Shown here: positions 20,962 through 30,271 of the stretch, piece after piece
Layout of the letters: each line of letters starts with the position of its first letter
Position numbering within the stretch: the first letter of the stretch is position 1
Assembly (NCBI GenBank): GCA_040981125.1
Contig: JANRMQ010000009.1
Span: 73,624-137,623 of the forward strand
From: Nitrospira sp.
Lineage (GTDB): Bacteria > Nitrospirota > Nitrospiria > Nitrospirales > Nitrospiraceae
Direction: 5' to 3'
DNA length: 64,000 nt
Translations under genes and position numbers: made by a program
The notes under the pieces: generated by a model
Seen by the model: only the letters and a program-made list of their open reading frames with translations
Database searches by the model: none
Told to the model about the DNA's origin: nothing

Positions 20962-21741
20962 ATGTTGCTGGATGGTAAAAAGGGATTAATCATCGGCGTA
21001 GCGAACAAACATAGCATTGCCTGGGCCATCGCGCAGGCGGCGGCGCGGGAAGGCGCCCAGCTCTTTTTTAACTATCAGAATGACCGGTTGAGAGAGAATG
21101 TTGAAGAACTGGTCGGCGGCTTGCCCGGTTCAGAGGCCATGGCTTGCGACGTCGGCGACGACGGCCAAATCGAAGCGCTTATGAAGCAGGTGGGGGCGAA
21201 ATTCGACCGGCTGGATTTCGTGATCCATTCGGTCGCCTTCGCGCCCCGTGAAGAATTGACGGGGCAGTTTGTGAACACGACACGCCAAGGATTTGCTACA
21301 GCCCTGGACGTAAGCGCCTATTCACTCGTTGCGGTGAGCAGAGCCGCTGTGCCGTTGATGTCCCAGGGAGGGGCGATTGTGACGTTGACCTACCTGGGCA
21401 GCGAACGGGTTGTCCCCCATTACAACGTCATGGGAGTGGCGAAGGCGGCGCTGGAAGCGACCGTGCGCTATCTTGCTCACGACCTTGGTCCGAAAAATAT
21501 CCGTGTCAACGCCGTTTCTGCCGGTCCGATCAAAACCCTTGCCGCGCGCGGGGTATCAGGGATCAGCAAGATGGTCGATCATCACAAAGAATTCGCCCCG
21601 CTGCGCCGGGCGACTGAGCAGGCCGAGGTGGGAGATACGGCGCTCTATCTGATCAGCCCGCTTGGTCGTGGGGTAACAGGCGAAGTGATCTATGTGGACG
21701 GGGGCTATCACATTCTTGGGTCTCTGGCCTCCGCCGACTAG
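20962..21741 (+). CDS. fabI: Enoyl-[acyl-carrier-protein] reductase (NADH)
   Basis: GKKGLIIGVANKHSIAWAIA, HSVAFAP, YNVMGVAKAALE (Tyr/Lys catalytic pair), NAVSAGPIKTLAA. Confidence 0.9.
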   Translation: MLLDGKKGLIIGVANKHSIAWAIAQAAAREGAQLFFNYQNDRLRENVEELVGGLPGSEAMACDVGDDGQIEALMKQVGAKFDRLDFVIHSVAFAPREELTGQFVNTTRQGFATALDVSAYSLVAVSRAAVPLMSQGGAIVTLTYLGSERVVPHYNVMGVAKAALEATVRYLAHDLGPKNIRVNAVSAGPIKTLAARGVSGISKMVDHHKEFAPLRRATEQAEVGDTALYLISPLGRGVTGEVIYVDGGYHILGSLASAD

Positions 21742-21779
21742 CGTCGCGTCTCAGCCGTTGGGCCCCGGATTCTTCCTGA

Positions 21780-22700
21780 ATGGCGCCCATGCAGATGTCC
21801 TTCCTTGCCCGGAACGAAACACTCATCCTTCTCCTCCGGATGACCGCGGCTGTTCTCATTCCGCTGCAGACCGCATTCGCCTCCGCCGGCATTCACCACC
21901 CGACCGATCGAGCCGACGCCGGGCTAATCGGAAACGTAAGCACGATTGAAACAATCGAGGACTTGGTCAGGGAGACGCATTCCTATGATAAGTCCGGCCG
22001 CTTGTTGCAGCGCGTCCAGGAACCGGTTGAAGGGCAGGGTGGGATCGGGCGGATCGCCGTTACCTCCGAATACGATTCAGCCGGTTTGAGCAGGCTCGAT
22101 ACGATTCGTGATCATGCCGGGGCGCCGATCAAACACACGGTGTATCTCCATGATGATCACGGACGCCGGCTGGCGGAAGTCACGGCCTGGGCCGATGGGA
22201 TGTTCGCCAATAGCTCCTTTTATGAGTATGACGACAAGAACCGCCGCATTCGTGAACTCCATTTCAATGCGCCGAATCTGATCAATCAGAATCGCTACCG
22301 ATACGATAACCAGGGGCGGATGGTCGAGGAAATCTACAGCAGAAATTATGAGTATGAGGAAGGTTCCGGCCAGCTGCGTCAGTTCCCAAGGGCCACGGCC
22401 GGCTATCATGTCACTGTCCGCTACAATGAAAAGGGTTTCATCGGCGAAAAACTCATCTCTGATTTGCGCGGTGTGCGACAGTCACGATCCGAATTCGACT
22501 ACGATCTACACGGCCAGCAGACCGAGGAGCGCATCTACGATCGAAAAGGCCGGTTGACCGGCCGGAAGCGGTATGAATATTCGTATGATGCCCGAGGAAA
22601 CTGGATTACGGAAACGCTGCACTGGTGGACCTTTGCGGCCGGGGGGCCTCACCTGAAGCAGGCACACTCGAGGCGGCGCGTCATCGTCTATTTTCCATAG
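21780..22700 (+). CDS. Exported YD-repeat-like protein
   Basis: Signal-like N-terminus. Repeated Y-D-x-x-G-R motifs (YDKSGRLL, YDNQGRMV, YDRKGRLTG, YDARGNWI). Confidence 0.5.
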   Translation: MAPMQMSFLARNETLILLLRMTAAVLIPLQTAFASAGIHHPTDRADAGLIGNVSTIETIEDLVRETHSYDKSGRLLQRVQEPVEGQGGIGRIAVTSEYDSAGLSRLDTIRDHAGAPIKHTVYLHDDHGRRLAEVTAWADGMFANSSFYEYDDKNRRIRELHFNAPNLINQNRYRYDNQGRMVEEIYSRNYEYEEGSGQLRQFPRATAGYHVTVRYNEKGFIGEKLISDLRGVRQSRSEFDYDLHGQQTEERIYDRKGRLTGRKRYEYSYDARGNWITETLHWWTFAAGGPHLKQAHSRRRVIVYFP

Positions 22701-22796
22701 GCTTGTCCGGCCTGGTCCATTCTTTCCTTTTGCGGCATGTCTGCTTTAAAATAAGGCATTCTTTACCATTTGACCCGTTCAGAAGGCGTCGGGCGG

Positions 22797-24158
22797 ATGC
22801 GGGCCAAGACCAGTTTTCATTGCCAGGCATGCGGCCACCAAGCTCCACGGTGGCTGGGACGTTGTCCCGATTGCGGCGCCTGGAATACCCTAAAGGAAGA
22901 ACGGGTTCCGGTTGCTCCCAAAGGACGGCAACCGCTTGTGAAGGCCGCCGGTTCCGGCGCGACTCCGATCTGTGACATCGAAGTCATTGGAGAGAGCCGC
23001 CGCAACACGGGCATGGGAGAATTTGACCGTGTGTTGGGGGGAGGCGTCATCCCCGGCTCACTTGTGCTGATCGGCGGAGATCCCGGTATCGGAAAAACGA
23101 CTCTGTTGCTGCAAGCCCTGCCGGGCCTGGGACTTTCCGAGGAGCAGGTGCTGTATGTGTCGGGCGAAGAATCGCCAAGACAGATCAAAATGCGCGGGCA
23201 ACGGCTTGGGGTTGAAAATCGGAATCTGTTGATTCTGGCGGAAACCTCGCTCGAGCAGATTCTCAAATCCATTCAGGAGATTCAGCCGGCCGCCGTCGTC
23301 GTGGACTCCATTCAAACCGTGTATACCGAGCAACTGACGTCCGCCCCCGGAAGCATCAGCCAAGTGCAGGAAGTCGCCGGCCAGTTGATGTGGTTTGCCA
23401 AGCGCAGCAGCGTGCCGGTGTTTATCATCGGCCACGTGACCAAGGAGGGCGCGATCGCGGGCCCCCGATTGCTCGAACATATCGTGGATACGGTGCTGTA
23501 TTTTGAGGGAGACAAGGGCCATAGCTATCGGATTCTGCGCGCAGTGAAGAACCGGTTCGGCTCGACGAACGAAATCGGCGTGTTTGAGATGAAGGAGAGC
23601 GGCTTGGCCGAAGTCGCCAACCCCTCCGAATTGTTTCTCGCCGAGCGGCCGCTGCAGAGCACCGGCTCGGTGGTGGTGTCCAGTCTGGAAGGAACCCGTC
23701 CTATTCTCGTAGAATTACAGGCGCTGGTGTCCCCGACGTCCTACGCCATGCCGAAGCGCATGGCCAATGGGGTGGAGATGAACCGGCTCTCCTTGCTGCT
23801 CGCCGTGATGGAAAAGCGGTTGGGATTGCATCTCTCCGGCCAGGATGTCTATGTGAATGTGGTCAGCGGTATCCAGCTCGAAGAGCCGGCGATTGATCTC
23901 GGATTGGTCACCGCGATTACGTCGAGTCTGCGGGAGACCTCGATCGATCACTTCACCATGATCATGGGAGAAGTGGGCTTGGGCGGAGAGGTCCGGGCCA
24001 TCAACCAGGCGGAGTTGCGGATTCGGGAAGCGGCCAAAATGGGCTTCCGCCGTTGTCTCCTGCCTGAGCGGAATTTGGCCAAACTTGATGCGATTGACGG
24101 GATTGAACTCATCGGTATTCGTGAAGTAGGAGAAGCGTTGGATGCGGTACTCGCCTAA
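22797..24158 (+). CDS. radA: DNA repair protein RadA/Sms
   Basis: Zinc ribbon CQACG..CPDCGAWNT, Walker A GGDPGIGKTTL, KNRFG motif, Lon-like C-terminal domain. Confidence 0.9.
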   Translation: MRAKTSFHCQACGHQAPRWLGRCPDCGAWNTLKEERVPVAPKGRQPLVKAAGSGATPICDIEVIGESRRNTGMGEFDRVLGGGVIPGSLVLIGGDPGIGKTTLLLQALPGLGLSEEQVLYVSGEESPRQIKMRGQRLGVENRNLLILAETSLEQILKSIQEIQPAAVVVDSIQTVYTEQLTSAPGSISQVQEVAGQLMWFAKRSSVPVFIIGHVTKEGAIAGPRLLEHIVDTVLYFEGDKGHSYRILRAVKNRFGSTNEIGVFEMKESGLAEVANPSELFLAERPLQSTGSVVVSSLEGTRPILVELQALVSPTSYAMPKRMANGVEMNRLSLLLAVMEKRLGLHLSGQDVYVNVVSGIQLEEPAIDLGLVTAITSSLRETSIDHFTMIMGEVGLGGEVRAINQAELRIREAAKMGFRRCLLPERNLAKLDAIDGIELIGIREVGEALDAVLA

Positions 24159-25026
24159 GGTACGGGGTAAAAAGGGAAAAAGAAAAGGTAGCAGAGAACT
24201 ATTCTGTGCTGTTGCGTTTGTACTGTGTACTTTGAACTTTGCTGCCTGCGGCCTCTTTGCCACGCGCGACGAAGTTCCGCTTAAGAGCGCCACTCTTGAA
24301 GAGCTCACGGCTTTATTGGTGAAACGGCAAGCAGCGATGCATTCCCTGAAGGGCCTCTTCAGCGCCAAGATCACGGGAGGCATTCTTCCGATCGGCCAGC
24401 GGGTGGAGGGGACGGTATTTTATCGGCAGCCGGATGCCATGCGATTGCGTGGGTTCACGGCGTTCGGCGGTGAGCTGTTTGAATTCGTCCAAGCCGATGG
24501 TCAGTATCGACTCAGGTTGCCCACTGTGGGGCGGGAATTCAACGGCCTGCGGTCAGAGCCGGAAAAGATGGGCAAACTGGCCCGCGCGTTTCAGCTCAGC
24601 GCATGGGCAATGAGCGGGGTCATCGGGACCACCGCGATTGCCCCATCCGAGCGGGCGGTATTGGTTGAGGAGGGAGAACAGTATCGGCTGGATGTGTATG
24701 CGGCTGAGAGCAATCCCGTGGCCGCAGCGGCGCCCGTTCGACGCATCTGGTTCGATCGGCGTCTTCTGGTGGTGGTTCGGGAGGAGCGGTTGTCCCCTAC
24801 GGGCGACATCGATGCGATCATGCAGTATGATGATTTCCGGCCGATCGGGGAGCCAGCCGGGGGGAATGGCGACCACGTTGCCATGGACGCCGCTCATGGT
24901 GAGCGATTGCTTCGGCCCTTCAAGGTATCGATGAAAGATGGACAGGGGAAGGGGGCCGTTCAAGTCACGTTCCACGAGATTATCCCGAATGTGCCGCTGG
25001 AACCGGCCGAGTTAGGGCGCGTGTAG
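24142..25026 (+). CDS. Lipoprotein, possibly LolA/LolB-fold (DUF4292-like)
   Basis: Lipobox LNFAAC and a beta-rich sequence. Overlaps the radA end by 17 nt. The functional call is weak. Confidence 0.45.
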   Translation: MRYSPKVRGKKGKRKGSRELFCAVAFVLCTLNFAACGLFATRDEVPLKSATLEELTALLVKRQAAMHSLKGLFSAKITGGILPIGQRVEGTVFYRQPDAMRLRGFTAFGGELFEFVQADGQYRLRLPTVGREFNGLRSEPEKMGKLARAFQLSAWAMSGVIGTTAIAPSERAVLVEEGEQYRLDVYAAESNPVAAAAPVRRIWFDRRLLVVVREERLSPTGDIDAIMQYDDFRPIGEPAGGNGDHVAMDAAHGERLLRPFKVSMKDGQGKGAVQVTFHEIIPNVPLEPAELGRV

Positions 25027-25039
25027 CGCGACGGAAATC

Positions 25040-25855
25040 ATGAAGATTTTGGCGATCGACAGCGCAACTTCGCATCAAAGCGTGGCGATTCTTGACGGCG
25101 CGGCGGTATTGGCGCACATCCACCGGGATGCGGAAGGTTCGCATGCCAAATTCCTGGTCGGTTCGATCGATAGAGCCCTTCGGACAGCGGATCTGACCCT
25201 CCGGGATCTGGACGGATTTGCCGTATCGATCGGTCCCGGCTCGTTTACGGGCCTCCGAGTAGGACTCGCCACATTGCTGGGATTCCGGACGGTGCTCGGC
25301 AAACCGGTAGTGGCTGTTCCCACCCTGGAAGCCATGGCGTGGAATCTCCGTTCCATTCGGGGGCAGGTCTGCCCCATTTTGAAAAGCAGAAGGAATGAAG
25401 TGTATTGGGCTCGTTATGAATGGATGCCGAAGCTCGTGTTGCGCCGGTTGGTTGCCGAGCAAGTATCGTCACCGGATCAGGTGTTGGCTGCCATTCAAGA
25501 TCCGGTCGTAGTCGTCGGGAACGGATGGGAGGCTTACGGCGCCGAGATGCGGAAAGGAATGGGCTCACGGAGCAGCCTCCTGACTGAAGCTCCGCCGGAA
25601 ACCATGCGACCTTCGGCGGTGAGCGTAGGTCTTGCCGCGCGGGAACGATTTATGCGTAGCGAGTTTGTGGGGATCGGCGCCGCGCCGCTCTATGTGCAGC
25701 GTCCCGAAGCGGACATTCAATACGAACAAAACGGTGGGATATCAGCGATCGAACGGCGGAAAGAGCGAGCGGCGCGCCGATCCCGTCCGAAGTCAGCTGA
25801 TCCGGTTCGCAATCAAGCCTCGGCGGTTCGTCTGAATGCAAAAGACAGAGCTTGA
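25040..25855 (+). CDS. tsaB: tRNA t6A37 biosynthesis protein TsaB (YeaZ)
   Basis: MKILAIDSAT..SVAIL, GPGSFTGLRVG motif. Carries a basic C-terminal tail longer than usual. Confidence 0.8.
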   Translation: MKILAIDSATSHQSVAILDGAAVLAHIHRDAEGSHAKFLVGSIDRALRTADLTLRDLDGFAVSIGPGSFTGLRVGLATLLGFRTVLGKPVVAVPTLEAMAWNLRSIRGQVCPILKSRRNEVYWARYEWMPKLVLRRLVAEQVSSPDQVLAAIQDPVVVVGNGWEAYGAEMRKGMGSRSSLLTEAPPETMRPSAVSVGLAARERFMRSEFVGIGAAPLYVQRPEADIQYEQNGGISAIERRKERAARRSRPKSADPVRNQASAVRLNAKDRA

Positions 25856-25868
25856 ATAACTCACTCGT

Positions 25869-26444
25869 ATGGGCAATGCTGAATCACCGTCGGGTATTAT
25901 AATCGAGCCGGCAACGGCTGCAGATGTGGATGAGATCGTCCGGATCGAAGAAGCTTGCTTCTCGGCCCCCTGGACGCGCAAAATGTTGGAAGCCGAGTTG
26001 GTCGGCAACCAATTCTCGTCATTTCTTGTCGCCAAGCAGGCCGACCACGCGTCGAACGACATTCGCCTTCTCGGATATGTTTGCTTTTGGGTGGTCTTTG
26101 AAGAGTTGCGAATCATGAATGTGGCCGTTGCCCCATCGGCCCGCCGCCGAGGCATCGCCAGACAGCTCATAGTTCGGGCGCTGGAGAGTGGTCGCGAAAA
26201 ATCAGCCGCCAAGGGATTGCTCGAAGTCCGCGCATCCAATACGGCCGCCCGACGGTTGTATGGAGCGTTGGGATTCCGGGAAGCTTCCGTTCGAACCCGC
26301 TACTATACCAACCCTATTGAAGACGCCATTCTTATGGAGACGCCCTTTCAGCGGCCGCTTGGCCCGGCAGGAATGGATTCATCAGCATCATTGGAGGACA
26401 GTTCAGCCACGGTCGACTCTATCAACGGAGGAGGTGCGACATGA
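25869..26444 (+). CDS. rimI: Ribosomal-protein-alanine N-acetyltransferase
   Basis: GNAT fold (NVAVAPSARRRGIARQL, LEVRASNTAARRLYGALGF). Classic tsaB-rimI adjacency. Confidence 0.75.
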   Translation: MGNAESPSGIIIEPATAADVDEIVRIEEACFSAPWTRKMLEAELVGNQFSSFLVAKQADHASNDIRLLGYVCFWVVFEELRIMNVAVAPSARRRGIARQLIVRALESGREKSAAKGLLEVRASNTAARRLYGALGFREASVRTRYYTNPIEDAILMETPFQRPLGPAGMDSSASLEDSSATVDSINGGGAT

Positions 26445-26683
26445 TGACGGAACGTGCCATCGCCGAGCAGTTACGCCAATCCAACACTGAATTCCGGGAA
26501 CTCGAAGAATCTCATCACCGTCTGGATAATGAATTGGCGGAACTTCAAAAACGACACGTTCTTACTCCTGCAGAAGAGCTCGTCAAGAAGCAGCTTCAGA
26601 AGGAAAAGCTCGTGAAAAAGGATAAGATGGCGGAGCTGATCCGCCTCTATAGGCGACAGGACGATCATTCCACGGTTCATTGA
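26441..26683 (+). CDS. DUF465 (YdcH-like) protein
   Basis: 80-aa coiled-coil FRELEESHHRLDNELAELQKR. ATGA overlap with rimI. Confidence 0.65.
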   Translation: MMTERAIAEQLRQSNTEFRELEESHHRLDNELAELQKRHVLTPAEELVKKQLQKEKLVKKDKMAELIRLYRRQDDHSTVH

Positions 26684-26762
26684 TCATCGAGCAGAACGCG
26701 ATTTCCATTCTCTCTGATGGAACGGACGGAGACCAGCGCGACCCGAGCGACATGTAAGCGAT

Positions 26763-27536
26763 ATGGCGATCCTTGCACCGTTAGCCGTACACATTCAAAC
26801 GTTGAAGCGCCGGCTGATTATCATGGCCGTGACGCTGTGCGTGGCGTTCGGGTTCGCCTTTACCTATTCGGCGGACATGGTCGCCTGGTTGAACCGGCCG
26901 TTTCCCAACCAACTCGTCTTCTACGGACCGACCGAGGCGTTATTTGCCTCCATCAAAGTCTCGTTCTTGGCGGGGGTGGTGCTCAGCCTCCCGATCATTT
27001 TTTACCATTTCTGGAAATTCATCGAACCGGCGCTGCTTCCGCAGGAGCAGCGCTGGGCGATTCCGTTGTTTCTGCTGGCCGGCTTCCTCTTTTCTCTGGG
27101 ACTCGTCTTTTGTAATCTCGTCATCCTTCCGCTGGTCATCGATTTCTTCGTCAGCTTCGGCATGGACCGGGACATTACGCCTGCGCTGGGAGTGGGCACC
27201 TACATTGATTTCAATGTGAAGTTTCTTCTGATTTTCGGATGCGCGTTCGAGCTCCCGCTTGCATTGACGCTGCTGGCGCGGGCGGGGCTGGTATCCGCGG
27301 CCATGTTGGCCCGGTATCGCAAGCACGCAATTTTGGGCTCCCTCGTCATTTCGGCCGTCGTCACGCCGGATGCGACACTATTCACCATGCTTCTCATGGC
27401 CGTTCCGTTGATGGTCCTCTATGAGATTGGAATCTTGGGCGCCCGCTGGTTCGGCCGCGGCGGACCCGATCCTGATATGAATCTGCCGCTCGATCCGGAC
27501 ATCCCTATCAAGACGGCCGGGCATCGGGTGCGGTAG
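26763..27536 (+). CDS. tatC: Twin-arginine translocase subunit TatC
   Basis: Six-TM protein with HLQTLKRRLI, FYHFWKFIEPAL, PLALTLLARAGLVS, VITPDATLFTM. Confidence 0.9.
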   Translation: MAILAPLAVHIQTLKRRLIIMAVTLCVAFGFAFTYSADMVAWLNRPFPNQLVFYGPTEALFASIKVSFLAGVVLSLPIIFYHFWKFIEPALLPQEQRWAIPLFLLAGFLFSLGLVFCNLVILPLVIDFFVSFGMDRDITPALGVGTYIDFNVKFLLIFGCAFELPLALTLLARAGLVSAAMLARYRKHAILGSLVISAVVTPDATLFTMLLMAVPLMVLYEIGILGARWFGRGGPDPDMNLPLDPDIPIKTAGHRVR

Positions 27537-27538
27537 CC

Positions 27539-28633
27539 ATGCAAACGGTTCCATGGCATAGACCTCTCGTCCGGTCCCTGGCCTGCGCGGTGCTGATGGC
27601 TCTCTCCGCTTCCGCTGTCGCAGCCGAACCGCGAACGGCGGCGGAGGGGGTCGCCCCGGTTCCGCCTCGTGGGCATGGGAGCCAAGGATCCGCCCAAGGC
27701 GAGGCGGCACGGGATGAAGCCGCCAGTATTCAGGCTCTGACGACCGTCGGTAAGACAACCATATATGCCGGATCGTTTGGGATGGGAATCTTTCGGAGCG
27801 AGAATCGCGGGAGCGTCTGGACTTCGACCAACGAAGGCTTGACCGATCCGTTTATTCTTTCACTTGCAACCGGGAAGGACGGCGTTATCTACGCCGGTAC
27901 GTTTAGAGGAGGCGTGTTCCGGTCGCGGGACAAAGGAAACACCTGGCAGCCGCTCAATGAAGGATTGAAACGACTGGAAATCAAAACGCTCTTGGTGACG
28001 GCGACTGCGATCTATGCGGGCACCGGGGATGGAGTCTATATTTTGAATGCCGAAGGAACAAAGTGGACCGTGGTGACGGAAGGCTTGGATGAAATCCTCG
28101 TCCACTCGATCGCGAAGGCGAAGGACGGCACCCTGTATGCCGGAACGTCGGGCAAAGGCGTGTTGCGTTTCAAGGAGCGAAGCGCCGGATGGACGAGGCT
28201 GCGGCAGGGATTGCGGGATCACGAAGGATTGGTGGAAAACTTCATTCGCGTGTTGGCGATCGACAAGGACCAAGGTATCTATGCCGGCACGTTCGACGGG
28301 GGCGTCTTCCGCAGCGCCGACGGCGGGCAGACATGGACGCCGATCAGCCGCGCGCTGCCGAACGATTCAATCAGAGGCGTGATCAGCAATGATCGGGGCA
28401 TCTACGTCGCGACCGGCCGGGGCATTTATAAGACCGTCGATCGAGGCGGCCAATGGACTCCGCTGAACAAAGGCTTGAGCAATCTGTCGGTGCAGGTGCT
28501 TATCGAGGCGGGAGATGGGGTGTGGTTTGCCGGGACAAATTCCGGGGTATTTCGGAGCGATGACGATGGGCTCAGTTGGACGGCCGTCAGTGAAGGGTTG
28601 CAAGGAGAGACCGTATCGCCATTTCGATTTTGA
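27539..28633 (+). CDS. Exported beta-propeller repeat protein (BNR/Ycf48-like)
   Basis: About eight repeats of G-x-YAGT..GVFRS.D.G.TW..L..GL. Signal peptide. Confidence 0.6.
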   Translation: MQTVPWHRPLVRSLACAVLMALSASAVAAEPRTAAEGVAPVPPRGHGSQGSAQGEAARDEAASIQALTTVGKTTIYAGSFGMGIFRSENRGSVWTSTNEGLTDPFILSLATGKDGVIYAGTFRGGVFRSRDKGNTWQPLNEGLKRLEIKTLLVTATAIYAGTGDGVYILNAEGTKWTVVTEGLDEILVHSIAKAKDGTLYAGTSGKGVLRFKERSAGWTRLRQGLRDHEGLVENFIRVLAIDKDQGIYAGTFDGGVFRSADGGQTWTPISRALPNDSIRGVISNDRGIYVATGRGIYKTVDRGGQWTPLNKGLSNLSVQVLIEAGDGVWFAGTNSGVFRSDDDGLSWTAVSEGLQGETVSPFRF

Positions 28634-28652
28634 AGGAGAGGAGAGAGACCGT

Positions 28653-29159
28653 ATGAGCGAGACCGGACCGATGAAAGCGACGATTGCCGTGAGTTCAAAG
28701 GGTGAACAGTGGGGCCAGATTGTGTTGCGATTCTTTCCCGATGTGGCGCCCAATCATGTCAAGAATTTTGCCACGCTGGCGAAACAGGGTTTTTATAACG
28801 GAACAACCTTCCACCGAGTCATTCCCGGGTTCATGATTCAAGGCGGAGATCCGAACAGCAAGAATCCGGACCGGGCCACGCATGGAATGGGCGGACCGGG
28901 ATTTCGAGTGAAAGCGGAATTCAACAGCAAGCCCCACAAGCGCGGGACCGTTTCCATGGCCCGTTCGAATGATCCCGATAGCGCCGGATCCCAGTTTTTT
29001 ATCTGCGTCGCCGATTCACATTTTTTGGATTGGCAGTACACGGTATTCGGCGAAGTCGAGAGCGGCATGGACGTGGTCGATAAGGTCGTCAATATCAAGC
29101 GGGATGGCCGCGACAACCCGCTGGAGCGGGTCGAGATGACGGTGACCATCGCCGAATGA
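28653..29159 (+). CDS. Cyclophilin-type peptidyl-prolyl cis-trans isomerase
   Basis: FHRVIPGFMIQGGDP, GTVSMARSNDPDSAGSQFFI. ATG at 28653 preceded by GGAGAGGAG. Confidence 0.85.
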   Translation: MSETGPMKATIAVSSKGEQWGQIVLRFFPDVAPNHVKNFATLAKQGFYNGTTFHRVIPGFMIQGGDPNSKNPDRATHGMGGPGFRVKAEFNSKPHKRGTVSMARSNDPDSAGSQFFICVADSHFLDWQYTVFGEVESGMDVVDKVVNIKRDGRDNPLERVEMTVTIAE

Positions 29160-29920
29160 CGCGGGGTGAAGGCCAAGACGTGGGCAGCAAAGTGGAGAAT
29201 GTGTCAGCCACCATGCGTCAAGCGGGCCGGGCCTTCACCGTCGCGGTATTACGCTTGACGCCGTACGCTTCATACGCCGTTGTTTTCCTCCTGCTCAGCG
29301 CCTGCGCGATTCCCCAAGTGCCCTCTCGCGTCGTCTATGAAGATCCGGTGAATTATGTGCGGCTGGAAACGGATCCGAACGTATTGCCGGAATGGCCCCC
29401 GAGTTACTTCGCCCACCCGGCGGAATTCAGCCAAGAGCAGGTGCGCAGGATTCTCAAAGCCCTCACCGTTCGAGAGCACCGTGTCAGCCTGCAGAGGTGG
29501 TTCCTTGGGGAGGCGCCGCGCGTGCCCGTGTTCCGTGACGAGGAGATCGCCCTGCTGGTGCCGCAAATTTCGGAAGCGCTGGCGCTGGCAAAGGAAAACG
29601 AGCGGGTCACATTCTATCTCAGTCAACCTCAGACCTCGATCAAGCGCATCATCACGTCGGGCGGGTTGTATATCAAAGGAACGAACCTCCATGTCATTCT
29701 CGGGAACTGGCAGATCGTTTACGGCATTCCGGCGTATGGCATGATTTACGACCGGCGCTATCCCATGAGCCCCACCGCGGCGAAGGGATTCGATTTGTTT
29801 TTTGAGAAGGAAGCCGCGATGACACGCCGGAAAACCAGTTTCTGGGATTGGCTGCTGGCCAATGTCAAAGACGAACTGGTCATCGATCTCGCCAAGGTGT
29901 TTCCCAATCCGTCCGTGTAG
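29156..29920 (+). CDS. Lipoprotein of an uncharacterised family (paralog of 52768-53499)
   Basis: Lipobox LLLSAC. Clear similarity to the second copy (VVYE..L E.DP, FRD[DE]EIA.L, ERV.F.LS.P). ATGA overlap with the PPIase stop; an internal Met at 29213 is an alternative start. Confidence 0.55.
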   Translation: MTRGEGQDVGSKVENVSATMRQAGRAFTVAVLRLTPYASYAVVFLLLSACAIPQVPSRVVYEDPVNYVRLETDPNVLPEWPPSYFAHPAEFSQEQVRRILKALTVREHRVSLQRWFLGEAPRVPVFRDEEIALLVPQISEALALAKENERVTFYLSQPQTSIKRIITSGGLYIKGTNLHVILGNWQIVYGIPAYGMIYDRRYPMSPTAAKGFDLFFEKEAAMTRRKTSFWDWLLANVKDELVIDLAKVFPNPSV

Positions 29921-30271
29921 ATCCATCTCATACTTATTTACGGACATCTCCGTTGTGCCGGCGTGCGAATATCGTGATGTGTGGGGAGGCTATGGGGAAG
30001 GCGGAATACGACCGGTCGCCCGTTGTTTCAGGCGCTGCCTTAGTGAGATCGAGCATGAACTTTGTGTGGGCGGTCCTAATGGAGCAAGGTGAGTGCCTGA
30101 TCAATGCCATTGTAAATCGATTGAATCAATGTGTTAGATGATAAACATAAAGTATAAGATTATGATTATTATGACCTGTGAGACAATCCAGTTTGTCGCC
30201 TGCCCATGTAAGGCTGCGCCGCAGCGTCGCGCTGCCGTCGTAGCCTCGCTCAAGGCTCGCTGGAGAAGACC

